Shown: positions 25,483-38,299 of the stretch, in pieces
Layout of the letters: the number at the start of each line of letters is the position of its first letter
How positions within the stretch are numbered: the stretch's first letter is position 1
Assembly: GCA_013265495.1 (NCBI GenBank)
Contig: MU057744.1
Coordinates: forward strand, 2,369,370-2,433,369
Origin: Vicugna vicugna
Lineage: Eukaryota
Length of the DNA: 64,000 bases
Direction: 5' to 3'
Translations under genes and position numbers: made by a program
Notes under the pieces: model-generated
The model's database searches: none
What the model was told of the DNA's origin: nothing
The model's input: only the letters and a program-made list of their open reading frames with translations

Positions 25483-26759
25483 CAAGTGTAAATGAGAACA
25501 AAGGACGTGAATATTCGGAGGTTACCTGCCAAAGGAGGAGTGGAAGCCACAGTTTAAACAAAGCCCGGGACACAGAAGACAGAGCCTGGTGACTAGGTTT
25601 GGGAGCTCAGATCTGACCCTTGTGCAGCAGCAGCCACCTCCAAGGGTGAGCCACTGCAGCAACAGGTGAACTGGGAAACACCAGAGAGCAACAGAGCGTA
25701 TTCTAGACTCTCTCCTCCGGTCACTTGTTCCTTGGCCTTTGGTACTGAGGGGTTGGCTGGCTCCTGTGCATTCTGCAGTCACCTAAGATTGTGGTGAGAT
25801 TTTTAATCTCATTTTGCTTTACCACCCATGGACTGCCTCCTTTCCAGGATTTTCCCTTCCAGTAACCAAACTCCAAGGCAGCCCCAAACTCTACCTCCTC
25901 TGGCACATAAGATGTCTGCTCTTCATGGGAGCGCTCTGGCTCTGTGGGCCCAGATTTGGGGAGTGCATTTGGTGAACCAGCCAATTAGATGTAGGTTTTA
26001 CCTACACTGATCCTCTTCTTTCAAGGATGTATTACCTGCTTAACTTCTTTTCATCACTCTTTAATGTCTTCAAAAAGTTATTTTTCATATTTCCCCCAAC
26101 TTATCATTATTTCTGAAATAAGTTACTTTGCCATCACAGAAGTAAAACACTGTCTCTTTTTTTAAAGCTACGTTGTCCCTTCTAGAATAACATAAAGATA
26201 ACGAAATTGCTCTCATTTCAAACACAGTTTAATGACTGACACAATTTCAATTATGTCAGTATATAGTAACAACAGTAAACACTATTTTCAATTACTATTC
26301 TTTTCTTAAAATAGTAAATACATGGTCCTAGATCTTGAGAGCATAAATATATACAAAATGCAAGACATTTATCATCTCATTAAATCTCAAACATTTGCTG
26401 TTTTCTCAATTATAAATTACTGTCCTCTTCTCAGAATTAAGTTTTGCTGAAGGATGGGTGACTTGTGGACCAAAGCAAATCTGTAAGGTCATGATAAATA
26501 GCTTCCAGAAGATGGTGAGGGTGTAATCATGAAAACTGTAACTAAAAAAAATACTGAAAGTAATCTGTATCATGCTGCTTCCAGTAAAAACACGTACTTT
26601 CCTATTCTACTGTTCAATGCAGTATGCTAGTATCACATGGTTCTACTGATGCAGAAGTAACTGGTGATGCAGAAGAATATATAATACACGTTTCTTGAGT
26701 ATCTCAATCAATCTTGGCCTCCATTTCGGTAATCACCCAGATTTTTCCTTCCTGCGTTA

Positions 26760-27600
26760 CAGGTCCTTCCTGTGGGTTGAAGAGGCGGGTCCCTGCTGTG
26801 ACGCCCCCGCCGGCTGTGCGGATACGTGCCACTGGCTCCTAACAGAATACTCGGGCAGGCCCCGAACCTCAGGGTCCAGAACGGGACTCCGAGCCAAAGC
26901 CTTTTTTCAATTTTGGGTCGAGGAGGAGTACGTGGAAAATTAACATGACGAACAGTGGTGCAACAGAAAGCCAGCACAAAATCATCGAAGTCTCGTGGGA
27001 CCGGAAAACAAGGCTTTGCTCCCGCGACGACAGGGAGGACTGCGAAGAGGAGGGGTTTGCGGTTTTCCACTCGGCGTCCGCCGCGCCGAGGTCTACAGGC
27101 AGACGCGCCTCCATCTGGCGTTCGGCCGTCCTTCTACGGCTCCGAATCGGAGGTGGGCTGCGTGAGTCTTCCGACTAGCCAGGGTTCTCGGTTCCTTGCT
27201 GGCTGCTCCCTAACATCTGGAAAAGCTGAGGACAGCAGTTCACAGACATGCATCCAAAGACAGAGGATGGATAAGCTCTGTTTCACTCTGCAGAGGCTGT
27301 CCTGTGGCAGCAGCCCTCGCGGCACCTTTGGGCGGAGGGGCCGCAGAGGGGGCCGCTCACACAACCAGCGTGGGCTGCTGCCACTTCAGCCGCAGGAACC
27401 GGAAGCGGCTGCGGACACCACGCAAGATGTGGAGCAGCAGCTGCTGCGTTGCAGAAATTAAAGCTCTGAAGTGAGAACGTGTGCTGGACAGAGCTCGTCA
27501 CGGGACGGAGACGCGCTGCGCTGCACAGCGTCAGGCTGGGAGCGTCTGGCTTCTTCAACTTTAAGGTGGAAGGCACGGTCCCCCTTTGTAAAGCGGGGGA
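26760..27600. promoter_or_regulatory. CpG island-like region (orphan)
   Basis: About 60 CpGs in ~840 bp by manual count, visibly GC-rich, inside strongly AT-rich flanks. Contains ETS-like aaccggaagc (27397-27406). Confidence 0.6.
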
Positions 27601-30600
27601 TTCTCACAGCAGAAAATGTGATTCAGAGGCTGGATGCTCAAAAAGAATGGCAGATCTCCACCACGGATGGTCTAGATTTAATTAAAGGCACCCTGGACTA
27701 ATACCAAATAATAATATCAGGAGCTTAAAGTTAATTTAAAAATTCTAATTCCCTCTAATTTTGTTTTAAAGGAAGTCCATCCAAACAATTTTCATAAAGA
27801 ATGAAGTATTGCTCAGGAACTCTCTGAAAGTAATAATGCATCTGGTTCTCAGGAAAACAAGCATTATCCTGAGGGAAGTATCTGTTGGTTCCTTGGCAAC
27901 AGTTCCCCATGCAAATAGCCTTTAAAAAAAATTCTTTCTGCACGTGCATCTGTGAATGTTTACATTCGTAGTTTGAAAGATTTTCTTTCTGTCTAGTTAT
28001 TCTTATCTGTGGGTTCCTCATCAAGAGAACCCCAAGTATATGTTGGTGGTAAGATCAGACAATGGTCTTCCTTACACTGAACTGGCTGTTGAATCATCCT
28101 GTTAAATCAGGCTACTATCTAAACTTCGCAGTTTCAACTATGCTTACGTAGAGCTCTGTTTCTATGAATTCCTACTTCATTATATGTGGTGAAAATTATC
28201 TCTGTTTTGCAGATGTCCATATCAATCTATCGTATTTCATCTAATCTGCTGGATAATGATGATTTTTCTTTGATCACCTAACAGCATCACTTAGGAAGTA
28301 AGAAATTACCAGAAGGTTATCTAGCAGGTGCATGTCAGCACCTATCATGTAAAAGTCAGCCAAGAATAAAGAAGAAGTTATTTAAAAATAAGCAGAGTCA
28401 AACTTCTGTGGGTTTGAGCACTATACCAATTTCTTTTGCAGTTCCTTGTTTTGGATGTTACGCCTATATAATGATTCTAAAGTAAGAAAGGATATATTTT
28501 CACTTAATACAAATATTAAATATTTATGCAAGGAAATGTCCAACAAGAATTTGTAAAAGGTGGTAGTATTTGCAAATAAGGACGTGGAAGACATAAATGC
28601 TAAATAAAGCATTCTCTTGTGAACTCTAGGAACGCATCCTGCTAATGTTCTCTGGTTCTCTGATGTATAATTATATTTGCTCAAACGTGCCCTAAATGTT
28701 CCTTCAATGAATCTAACTTCTGTGATGTCCATTTTCACCTTTATAGCCTCTGTCTTTTGCCTTTAAGCTCAATCAATATTTCCAGTCCCATCTTTCTCAA
28801 ATTCCTCGTGCTCACCCCATTCTGAATCATGGATCTCACTGACTTTACATTCGGGCGATGGAGCTCTCCCCTCCGGCCATGAAGAAGGTCCCTGCAGGAA
28901 GCACTACCTGATATACTGGCTGCATTTACACTGCCGATGTAGCCAGACCACAGTGCAGTCACAAGGACTGCTTCCACAATTCCCACAACTTTGTTCCAGA
29001 ATATAAGGCTGTTTGGCTTTTCTTTATGAAGATGGCTGAAAAGACTACATCAACTATGACACTTCTTTCGTGGGAAGAAAGTAATAAAACCTATGTGTTA
29101 AGTACTACGTTCAAACGGGCATGACGTCTTTACACAATATACAATATAACATGTACGAAAGAACCCTGGCATCCTGGACTAGGGGAACTTTAAGGTACAT
29201 CCTTAAACATTAAATACAGGAGGAAGAACACAAAAGTAATCAGTTTTCTACTCTTTGTCCAAATTGTCTCCAGTGTCCCTTATACATTTACTTTATTTTC
29301 CAACTAGTCCACAAATTCTTAGACTTCCGACTCTCTGAACCACCCGCCATATAACTGAGGGCATAATCAAAATGTTTGCTTGTCCACTGTCTAATTTATT
29401 GATAACTGAGGAAGCAAGACTTTTTTTTCCCTTAAATTTCATTCAAGTCCATAGCTGAGCTCATTTAGCTGGGAAGGTTTGTGCATTATATTAAAAACCT
29501 TGGAATTACACTTACATTGGCCCGATCCCAGCCTTACCATTTTTAGATAGGAAACCTTGCACAAACTAGTAAACGTTCATGAGCTCTTTTTAGAAATGGA
29601 CGATTTAATTTTCACTTATGTACCCTTTGTTATTCTTCAGCTTTATTTAGAAAATGAAGATTACAGCATATTCTTTGCAGTGTAAACATGAGGACTGAGC
29701 TGGCCTAGGGTCTGAATAGTATTACTGTTATTTATTCTGCTATTATTTATTACATCATGGTACAAAATAGCATTTTGGGGACTGAGCTAATAACACGCTT
29801 TTATTATTTATTGTTTTCTGAAAAAAGAGACATAATGTGGGTGAATGATAAATTCACTAAAGTTCATGTTTTAATTATACCATAGAGTTACTTACTTCCT
29901 GTCAGCGTGTCAGGAAATTCGTCTTATATAACCCAAGTACAATTACTGACATTAGGAAGCTATATACTGAATAATACTATTATCTAACATAAAGGCTATA
30001 TTCAAATTTTGTCAACTGCTTCAGTAACATCATTTATAGTGATTCTTTTTTTTTTAAATTAAATATCCATTTACCCCATCTCCCTACCTCTGTTCGTTGT
30101 GAACTGTTCTCCACCATTTTTGTCTCTATCATTGCTGTTACTTAAAAGAATAGTTAGTATTTTTGAAGCATGTTCCTCAACTTAGGTTTGCATCTTTGTT
30201 TCCTTATGATTAGACCTGGGTTATGCACTTTTACCAAGATCATTGTGTGAATACACTTGTGTTTGTTTCACTGCATCTCATCAGGGCCTGGTGTCAGCTT
30301 GGTTCTGCGTCAGTGGTATTAACTGATCTCTTAGCTAAGGGAGGTGTTGACTGTTCAATTTCCCCACTGTTAAAGCAGTTTTATTCCTTTTATGATAAAT
30401 GCGTGTTCTGAGGGCAGATGCTATAAGCAATTGCCTTTAATTTCAGCAGCCATTCATGATTCTTGCTTGAGTTCATTATTATGAGGATAATTGCAAAATG
30501 GGGGATTTTTACTGTATAATTCCATTTGCATGTATTTATAACATTCTCTTCTTCATTTTTACCTTCTGTAATATGTATACATGCATGTATGTGTATATTA

Positions 30601-33242
30601 ATACATGTCTGTGTCCCTGTACCAACAGAGCACTTTACCACATTTCAAATTTTTGATACACTAGTAAGTGAAAAATTATGACATAATAGCATTGTTTGCT
30701 TTATTTATTCGGAGTCAAGGTGAAAATAGTTTCCTATGTTTACAAATCAAATTTATATAATTTTATAAGCTGTTCATATTTTCCCATTTTTGTTTTTACA
30801 AATCTGAATTTGTCTTCTTTTGTCATTATAGTGAAAACTTTAATATATTTTAATCAAAATTTAATTTTTCTTAAATGTTGGTTAAAAGTCCCCTTAGAAC
30901 TAAGATTCCCTTATTACAGAAGGCATTAGCTCTGCCCTGAATTCTGCTTTTTGGCTTAAATAAAAATATTTTATTGTCTAAAATCATTTAGTTTTTAAAA
31001 TCTTAGGAGAACAATGTAGTTTTAAATAATCAGTCCATCACTGTAAATAATAAGATTATATCTTCATTAAAAATGTCTAATTCTTAAAATTATCATGTAT
31101 TCAGAGTCTTGTAAAGTATGAGGCATATGTGATTATAGAATATTTAAATCAACTTTAAGCCCTGAAATAAATAAAATCTATTTTTATTATGAAGAAATGT
31201 TTGTATAAGCCATAATATTTAGTTTCTCATAATAATGTTGAATGTGGAAAATTACAGCAGCATGTGTATGTATACACAAAAGCATATATACCCTCTAGGT
31301 ATGTGTATACACACACAGGACACTATTAATCAACACATTTACTACTATACATGAGTTATCAGTAATTACTTCTGTTTGATTTGTTAAATATTTCTAATAT
31401 TCTTTATTTCTCAGATGGAATAAATTATTAATTTATTTCATTATTAAAATAGTCTTTTTCAGTAATTGTGTAAAAACTTCTTGGGACACATAAAAATGAA
31501 ACCTAATGCTCACTCTAAAATTTAGTTACCTGGCATTATGGATACATTACGGATCTATTGCTGCTAATTTGGGTGCACCCTTCAGTATGAATGTATTATT
31601 TCACTTTGAAATACATGAGGTTCATGCAATCATCGTATTTTAAAGCTCCCTCATATCGTATTTCTCAAACAGATTTTAGAGTCTTGAGAAAGGTCACTAG
31701 AAGTCGGGATAACTATTGGGTCTTTCTGGAAAGCAAGATCTTCCACAGCAAATGTACTAACTAGGATTAAATTGTTAATACATACCTCAACCAGCCTCCT
31801 TTAAACTTTTTTTTTTTGAAAAACTGAAAGGAAAAGAAACACACTAAACATTTTAAATCTGAAATATTATTTTTTACCTTAGACCAGAAGTTTGAGGTAT
31901 ACTATTTTTTTTTTTTTGAAATAAGATTCTTATGAGGGAATTGTGCCAGTGCAAAGAATATATCCAAACACAGAAAGAAAATACGGATTGGAACATTTCA
32001 TATTAACACTCTATAACATCAAGAAACCCTATTTTGTTTGCAGATATTGCTGAGAACAAATGTGAGGGTAGACTGTACAGTCGTTTTCTGAGTTTTTACT
32101 AAAGCTGGTTAAACACTGCAGAAGATGGCTGGTGTTACTTCACACGCGTTTTCCGTTCAGTATAATCTGCTGATGATTGTGGATAGAGTTATCAGTAACA
32201 GCTCTTTCCACAGCAATAAACTAAACCAACAACAAAACATTATGATAAGCTGTGATCGAGGTTAAATTAACTCCTCGGCATTGCACGGAAATACCCTCGA
32301 TGCCAAATCACTGAGGGCCCAGTGCCAAGTACCTGACTGAACCCTGGAGAAGGCGGGCAGGGCTGGCAGAGGGGGAATCGCAGGGCTGAGGTAAGCGGAA
32401 CCCTGGGAAGAGGGAGACAGTTAGCACTTAGAACCGGCTGCTCACGTCTGTCAGTCCGACTGTTAACGGGGACCACTCGGGAACACAGCAGAGACAACTC
32501 CTGCCCTGAGAGGGATTAGCTCTCTTGCAGGCGGACGCAGCCCCTTTTACCTAATGCATCTGCCATCAGCCGTCTTACTCAGTCTCTTGGTCAATTCTAT
32601 TTCTATTTCTATTTCTAACATATTTTTTTAAATTTCTATTTCAAGGTCATTTTATTTTTTCTAAAGAAGTATAATGTTTAGCCATATTTTACTATTTTCT
32701 AGGTTCAGGTAAATTTGAGTCAATAGTTTGCATCATTTTTATATGTTACAAGGAAAATTTTGAGATTGTAGTGTATTTTGAAAAATTAGAGTGTTCTGTA
32801 ATTGAAAAATAATCAAATTTTGGAAATTTCAATTTTTGAAAAGGTATCAACTGATGCTTAGAAAGTATCTAATTCAGTTTCAAACATGTGTAAATTCTTT
32901 TATGAAGATACAGTTGGTAATAATTAACTGTTAATTGCTATAAACTCCATTTCAACGTTAAATTTAAATGCAAAGTAGTATTTGGATAATATAAAAGTCC
33001 TCAAACAGCAAGTGAACAAATTGAGAACAGGACTGTGAAAAGCAAGGCACACAGAATTTTACGGAAAAGTGAGAAAAGATAGGACAGACCAGAACAGACT
33101 CATTTAAGTTTAGAATCTAGAGGAACTAACTAGCTTTTTGAATAGGTAATGCATTTTCTTGACTTTTAGATGCAAGGTGTGGAACCCGCCTTTATGGAGT
33201 TATATACAAAATAGATGTAGTTTTGATAGCTGCTTTAGTATT

Positions 33243-33817
33243 AAAAATGCACTCCAATGTTCACAGCAGCACTATTTACAGTAGCCAAGATATGGAAGTA
33301 ATCCAAGTGTCCATCAACAGACGACTGGATAAAGAAGATATATCTATGTCTATATCTATATTCATATCTATATATAGCAATATATAATAAAATATTACTC
33401 AGCCAGATAAAGAATGAAATTCTGCCATTTGCAAATACTTGGATGGCCACAGAGATGCTTAATGAAATAGAGAAAGACAAAACACTGGGTCATCACTTAT
33501 ACTTGGAATCTGAAAAATAAAACAAACGAATGTATGTAAGAGGACAAAAAAAGACTTACAGATACAGAAAACAAACTAGTGGATACCAGTGGGGAGAGGG
33601 AAGGAGGGAGGGGCAAGAAAGGGGTATGGGATTAAGAAATAAAAACTGTTACGTATAAGATGGATAAGCAACAAGGATATATTGTATAGCACAGGGAAAC
33701 ATAGCCATTATTTTCTGATCATTTTAAATGGAGTATAATCTAGAAAATATTGAACCACAATGCTATACACCTGAAATGAATATAATATTGTAAATCAACT
33801 GTACTTCAATTAAAAAA
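33243..33817 (+). mobile_element. 5'-truncated L1 (ORF2 C-terminus + 3'UTR)
   Basis: atgcactccaatgttcacagcagcactatttacagtagccaagatatggaag...gtatagcacagggaa...gtaaatcaactgtacttcaattaaaaaa. Confidence 0.9.
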
Positions 33818-36351
33818 CCCCAGAAGATCCCAAGATATAAGTAGGGTCTTAAAATAAATGTATATTATGTGGATTAACTAATTAAATACGTATGTTTACT
33901 ATCTTATGCACATTGGAATTGTTATAATGGGCTGGTTACTAATAACAGGAAATGAGAGGAAATATTCTCCCAGTGGTAACTATAAGCACGTTTTCAAAAA
34001 TTGCATTACATCTTCATCGTTAAAATTTTTAAATTTCAGCATCATAACCTCTTCAGCATCGTTAAATTTTTTTCCATTTTACATACATATCATGCTTCCC
34101 TTTTAGTACATATTTTCATATTAAAATATAAAGTTTATCAGACAATTGTTTTCAAGTATGCCAAAATCAATCAATCAATCAACAGAAACTTTAATTTTCA
34201 GTTTTTTTATGTGTCCAATCTTATTAAATCTAAATGTTCCTAGGTAGAAAATTACACGTTAGGAAAGGCTACACATAGTAACCATAATTATATGTTTTAA
34301 TGTTATTTTTATATTTGCCATTAAGAATATCTTTAAACCAATTAAACATCATCTAATTTTTAAGCAAGTCATGCTTTCTTATTGCTTTTATTTTATTATT
34401 ATAAATGTACTCACTAGAAAACAAATTCTCTATAATTTTCCTTAACATTGATAATTCAAATAATCATTTAAAACCAGCAGTACATTAATAAGGGTGCATG
34501 ACTTTCTCATATATAACATGATTACTGTAGTAACGGCGTTATGTTTGAAACTACTGAGCTACAAACTTGACCAGGAACTTCCTACTCTTATAGTCCAGTC
34601 TTTGTTCATTGTTTTAAATAAATACTGAGGATTTGCCTTTGTCAAGGCACTGTGTTTAGCAATAGGCAGAATAAAATAATGAGTCTTAAGGTCTTTGGCA
34701 TTTACAATCTAAGGGGAGAAAAATGTACCCACATTACAACAACAAAATATAGAGAGGGAATCAGTTACAAGCAGTAAAAATCAGAAGTTGTACCACAAAC
34801 AAAAGATGATTAACCATGGATAAATAATCATCATTTAACAATACATGAACTGCAGAACAATTCATTTAAGACTAAAACTCTACAATGTGTAAACTTGATA
34901 CCTTTTAGATTGATAAGGATATTGAATGTCTTAACATTGCTCAAGTTCACCATAGTACATGTCAATCATCCTTATGTCACGTAAATACAAGAGAAGTATC
35001 GGAACCAGGCAGATCTGGTTTTGATTGTGTCTTTGTCGACTGTGTGAACTGCTGCAGGTAAATCTTTTTAAAGATAATTTTTAAAAACCTGAAAAACACG
35101 TAATACATATTTTCTAGTGGTCTTGTGAGAATGAAAGAAAACAATGCCCACATCCCACTGTCAGAGCGAGTGGAGACCCAGAGATGTTTATATGCAGCAA
35201 GTCATCACTCAGGAAGTCAGACACCGTTATTGGCACTCCCGCTGCTAGTGATAATTGAGCACAATGCAGCTTCAGGCAGAGAACTTTGGAGAAGAGTCTG
35301 CCTGCATAGCTCAAGGCACAAGAATGTCAGGGTGTTTTTTTATTAATATGGATTATATAACTATGCACTGCTGAGGCATTTTAAATGCACAAGAGGGAAA
35401 GAACTTTTATATGTTTCATGACATGCATTATTAATCTTTTGAAACATGGTGGTGACTTTCAATATTTTTCATCACTCTCTATTTTGAAATATTGGCAGGC
35501 TGACTTTCAGTTTGCCTTTCCTGTATATTACCATAAGCATCCCTACCCCTTTATGGGTGTTTTTGTCTCTTATATTGGAGAAGAGGAACTAATCTATATT
35601 CTCCCACTTTATGATCTGCCTAAATAAGCAGTGCTGCTCAGCAGCATTTGAGAAACTCACTATTTTTGCATTTGAGTGGCCAAATAAAACCAGCCACAGC
35701 TCTGTGAAACTCTCTTCCTCACAGCTCTCCCCCGCCTCGAAACATTTCAATAAGCACATAAAGTTTTTTTTATAAGCATTCAGTCCAGTTTTTTAATATT
35801 GTTTTATTGCTTCTATCTCTTTTGGAAGCAGGACTTTTCTGCTGGTAATAAATGAATATTACGTGGGGTTTCTCTGTGTGACCTGCTGCATATCAACATC
35901 TCTGGGTCTCCCAGGCAAAGGAGATAAGAGAGCCAACAAGGAAAGGGGAGCAGGGGAAGGAGGGTGTGACCCCTGAGCACCTGCTCTTAACCTGGCTTCT
36001 CTTCTACACCAGGAATAGTCAGATTATTCTTTTATTCATTGCCACTTCTCTAAGAGGTCATCAGTTTCTTCTATAAACAGGCTGTCCTGACAAAATGCTT
36101 TATTCCAAAGCTGTAACTGACAGGATTTTATTTAAAGGGTGATTGAGCTAATATTTTAGAAAAGGAGATCAAATGTCTTTTTCTTTCATCTGAAAGGATT
36201 GCCTACTGGATCTATCCAAATTTGGACCTATCTGAGGTACAGGGACATTTGAATGTAATTATCTCTGCAGGTAGGTTAATATCACAAATTCATTTCTATC
36301 TTTTCTTCTTTGATTATTTTTTCTTTATCTTCATTTAAAGATGCATGAAAA

Positions 36352-36985
36352 CATTAATTCAAAAGATACATGCACCGTCCCCTCAATGTTCATAGCAGCA
36401 CTGTTTACAATGGCCATGATACGGAAGCAACCTAAATGTCCATCGACAGAAGACTGGATAAAGGAGAAGTCGTGTATATTAATTAATTAATTAATCAATT
36501 AATTAATTAATTAATGGAATATTACCCAGTCATTAAAAAAGAATGGAATTTTGCTATTTGAAAAAAACATGGATGAGACTGGAAGGTATTATGCTTAATG
36601 AAATAAGTCAGCCAGAGAAAGACAAAGATTGTATGTCATCACTTATATGTGGAATTTTAAAAATAAAATGATCTAGTGAACCTAACAAAATAGAAAAAGA
36701 CTCACAGATACAGAGAACAAACTAGTGGTTACCAGTGGGGAGAGGGGAGGGTGAAGCATGGGCAAGGGATTAAGAGTACAAAGCACTGTGTCTAAGATAA
36801 ATAGCCATAAGGACATGCTGCACAGCACAAGGCATACGGCCAATATTTTATAATTAACTTTCAATAGAGAGTAACTATAAAAGTTCAGAATCACTATTTT
36901 GTACAGCTGAAACTAATATGATATTGTAAATTGACTATACTTCAATTTAAAAATATAAGTAAATAAATAAATAAATAAATAATAG
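36352..36985 (+). mobile_element. 5'-truncated L1 (ORF2 C-terminus + 3'UTR) with (TAAA)n tail
   Basis: aaaagatacatgcacc...aatgttcatagcagcactgtttacaatggcc...gactatacttcaatt plus (TAAA)n. Internal (ATTA)n at 36479-36515. Confidence 0.9.
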
Positions 36986-37173
36986 AAAATGAGAATAAAA
37001 GAAAAACAGACAAGCTGGACTATATCAAATTAAAATGCTTGTATGACTTTGAGGGAGAAGTCGCTTCATATTACTGAGCTTTGGTCTCCTATTTAACCCA
37101 GATTTATTATGAGTACTATGTAGGGTAAAGTGTGTTTAATATAAAATAGAATAAAATGAAATATTTTCTATAA

Positions 37174-37520
37174 ATAAACCACCAGACACAGACTGTATAA
37201 GTGGCAAATTCTACCAGACATTTAAGATGTAAATAATGCCAGTTATACACATCTTTTCCATAAAGTAGAAGGGTGAACACTTCACAGTTTACCTTATGAA
37301 ACCGGCACACAACAATACCAAAAATAATGAAGACATTGCAGGAAAATAAAACTACAGACACATATCTCTCATGCACACAGACTTCAGAATCCTTAACAAA
37401 ATATTAGCAAATCAAATCCAGCAGTATATAGAAAGGATAGTAACTTATGACTAAGTGAGGTTTCATCAAGTAAGAAGAAACTGCGTCATAATCAATTAAG
37501 GAAATTCATCATAATAACCA
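37174..37520 (+). mobile_element. Decayed L1 ORF2 reverse-transcriptase fragment
   Basis: From 37350 it translates [37 protein letters not shown], homologous to L1 ORF2p [38 protein letters not shown]. Confidence 0.85.
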
Positions 37521-37619
37521 ACCGAATAACAAGAGCCTGTGAGTATGACATCAGAAAAGTCACCCACACTCACGCGTCTAGATGCCATATGGGAGGTAAG
37601 TGTGCTTGTTGTGTATCTT

Positions 37620-38130
37620 CTCTACCTCTGTCCACTGGGAGGGTCTAGAGTAGGGACAGGACCATTAGCCACAAGCACACTCGACTCCCAGACCTTGGTG
37701 TCTATCACCATTTTATAAGAGGAATCAGTGACTGGAGAAAGGATTCCTTGATTTTATCATGAGGGCAGGAAATATGTTAGGTAAGCCTGGAGCACAGTAT
37801 AGTGCCAAGAAGCAAGAAGTACCCATACGACAAGAGGACGGGATATATCAAAGGAACAGGTACCTACAAGGTCTCCCAGGAACCAAAGCCGGAACAATTC
37901 GAGCAACAAAATAAATGATATAGTATTGGATTATAAGCCAAAGCATAATAAACAAAGAGGGGGGAACAGAATTTCCTGAGCAGAAAAATTCCAAATAATT
38001 TATGTAGATAGTACCCCAGCAATGACCTGTGGAATAACCCTCCAGTTGTGGCATGTTCACAGTGACTCGCTTCTAAACAGTAAAGCATGGAAGGTTTGTG
38101 GCTGGGGGTGGAGAACAGCACAGTTAGCAA
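37620..38130 (+). mobile_element. L1MC/L1MD-type 3'UTR fragment
   Basis: ctctgtccactgggagggtctag...gggcaggaaatatg...aaagccggaacaattcgagcaacaaaataaatgatatagtattggattataa...aattccaaataatttatgtagat. Confidence 0.7.
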
Positions 38131-38299
38131 AAAATGTACATTTATTTGAAAAACTCTTAATGCATCATTACAATATACAATTCTGGGTCAGCTGGAAATT
38201 CATAAGGGAAATTAAAATCTAAATACTTTTTCATAAAGGTCTTAGCATTATACATGTCTTATTTTTACTAGTTATTTTAAAATTTCATGCAGTCTATTA

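Noticed and set aside
27338..27358. CTCF site (gccgcagagggggccgc)
   Set aside because: The AGGGGGC core is present, but the 5' CCASY part is out of register.
26955..27461. 168-aa ORF as a protein-coding gene
   Set aside because: GTG start, low-complexity R/G/S-rich product and no recognisable domain. Such ORFs are expected by chance in GC-rich DNA.
27755..29050. Run of minus-strand ORFs as a pseudogene or endogenous viral element
   Set aside because: No recognisable protein motifs in any frame, and part of it resembles decayed L2. A tBLASTx search would be needed to overturn this.
36479..36515. Palindromic (ATTA)n as a functional homeodomain array
   Set aside because: It lies at the position in L1 where AT-rich microsatellites commonly expand (compare ~33338-33385).
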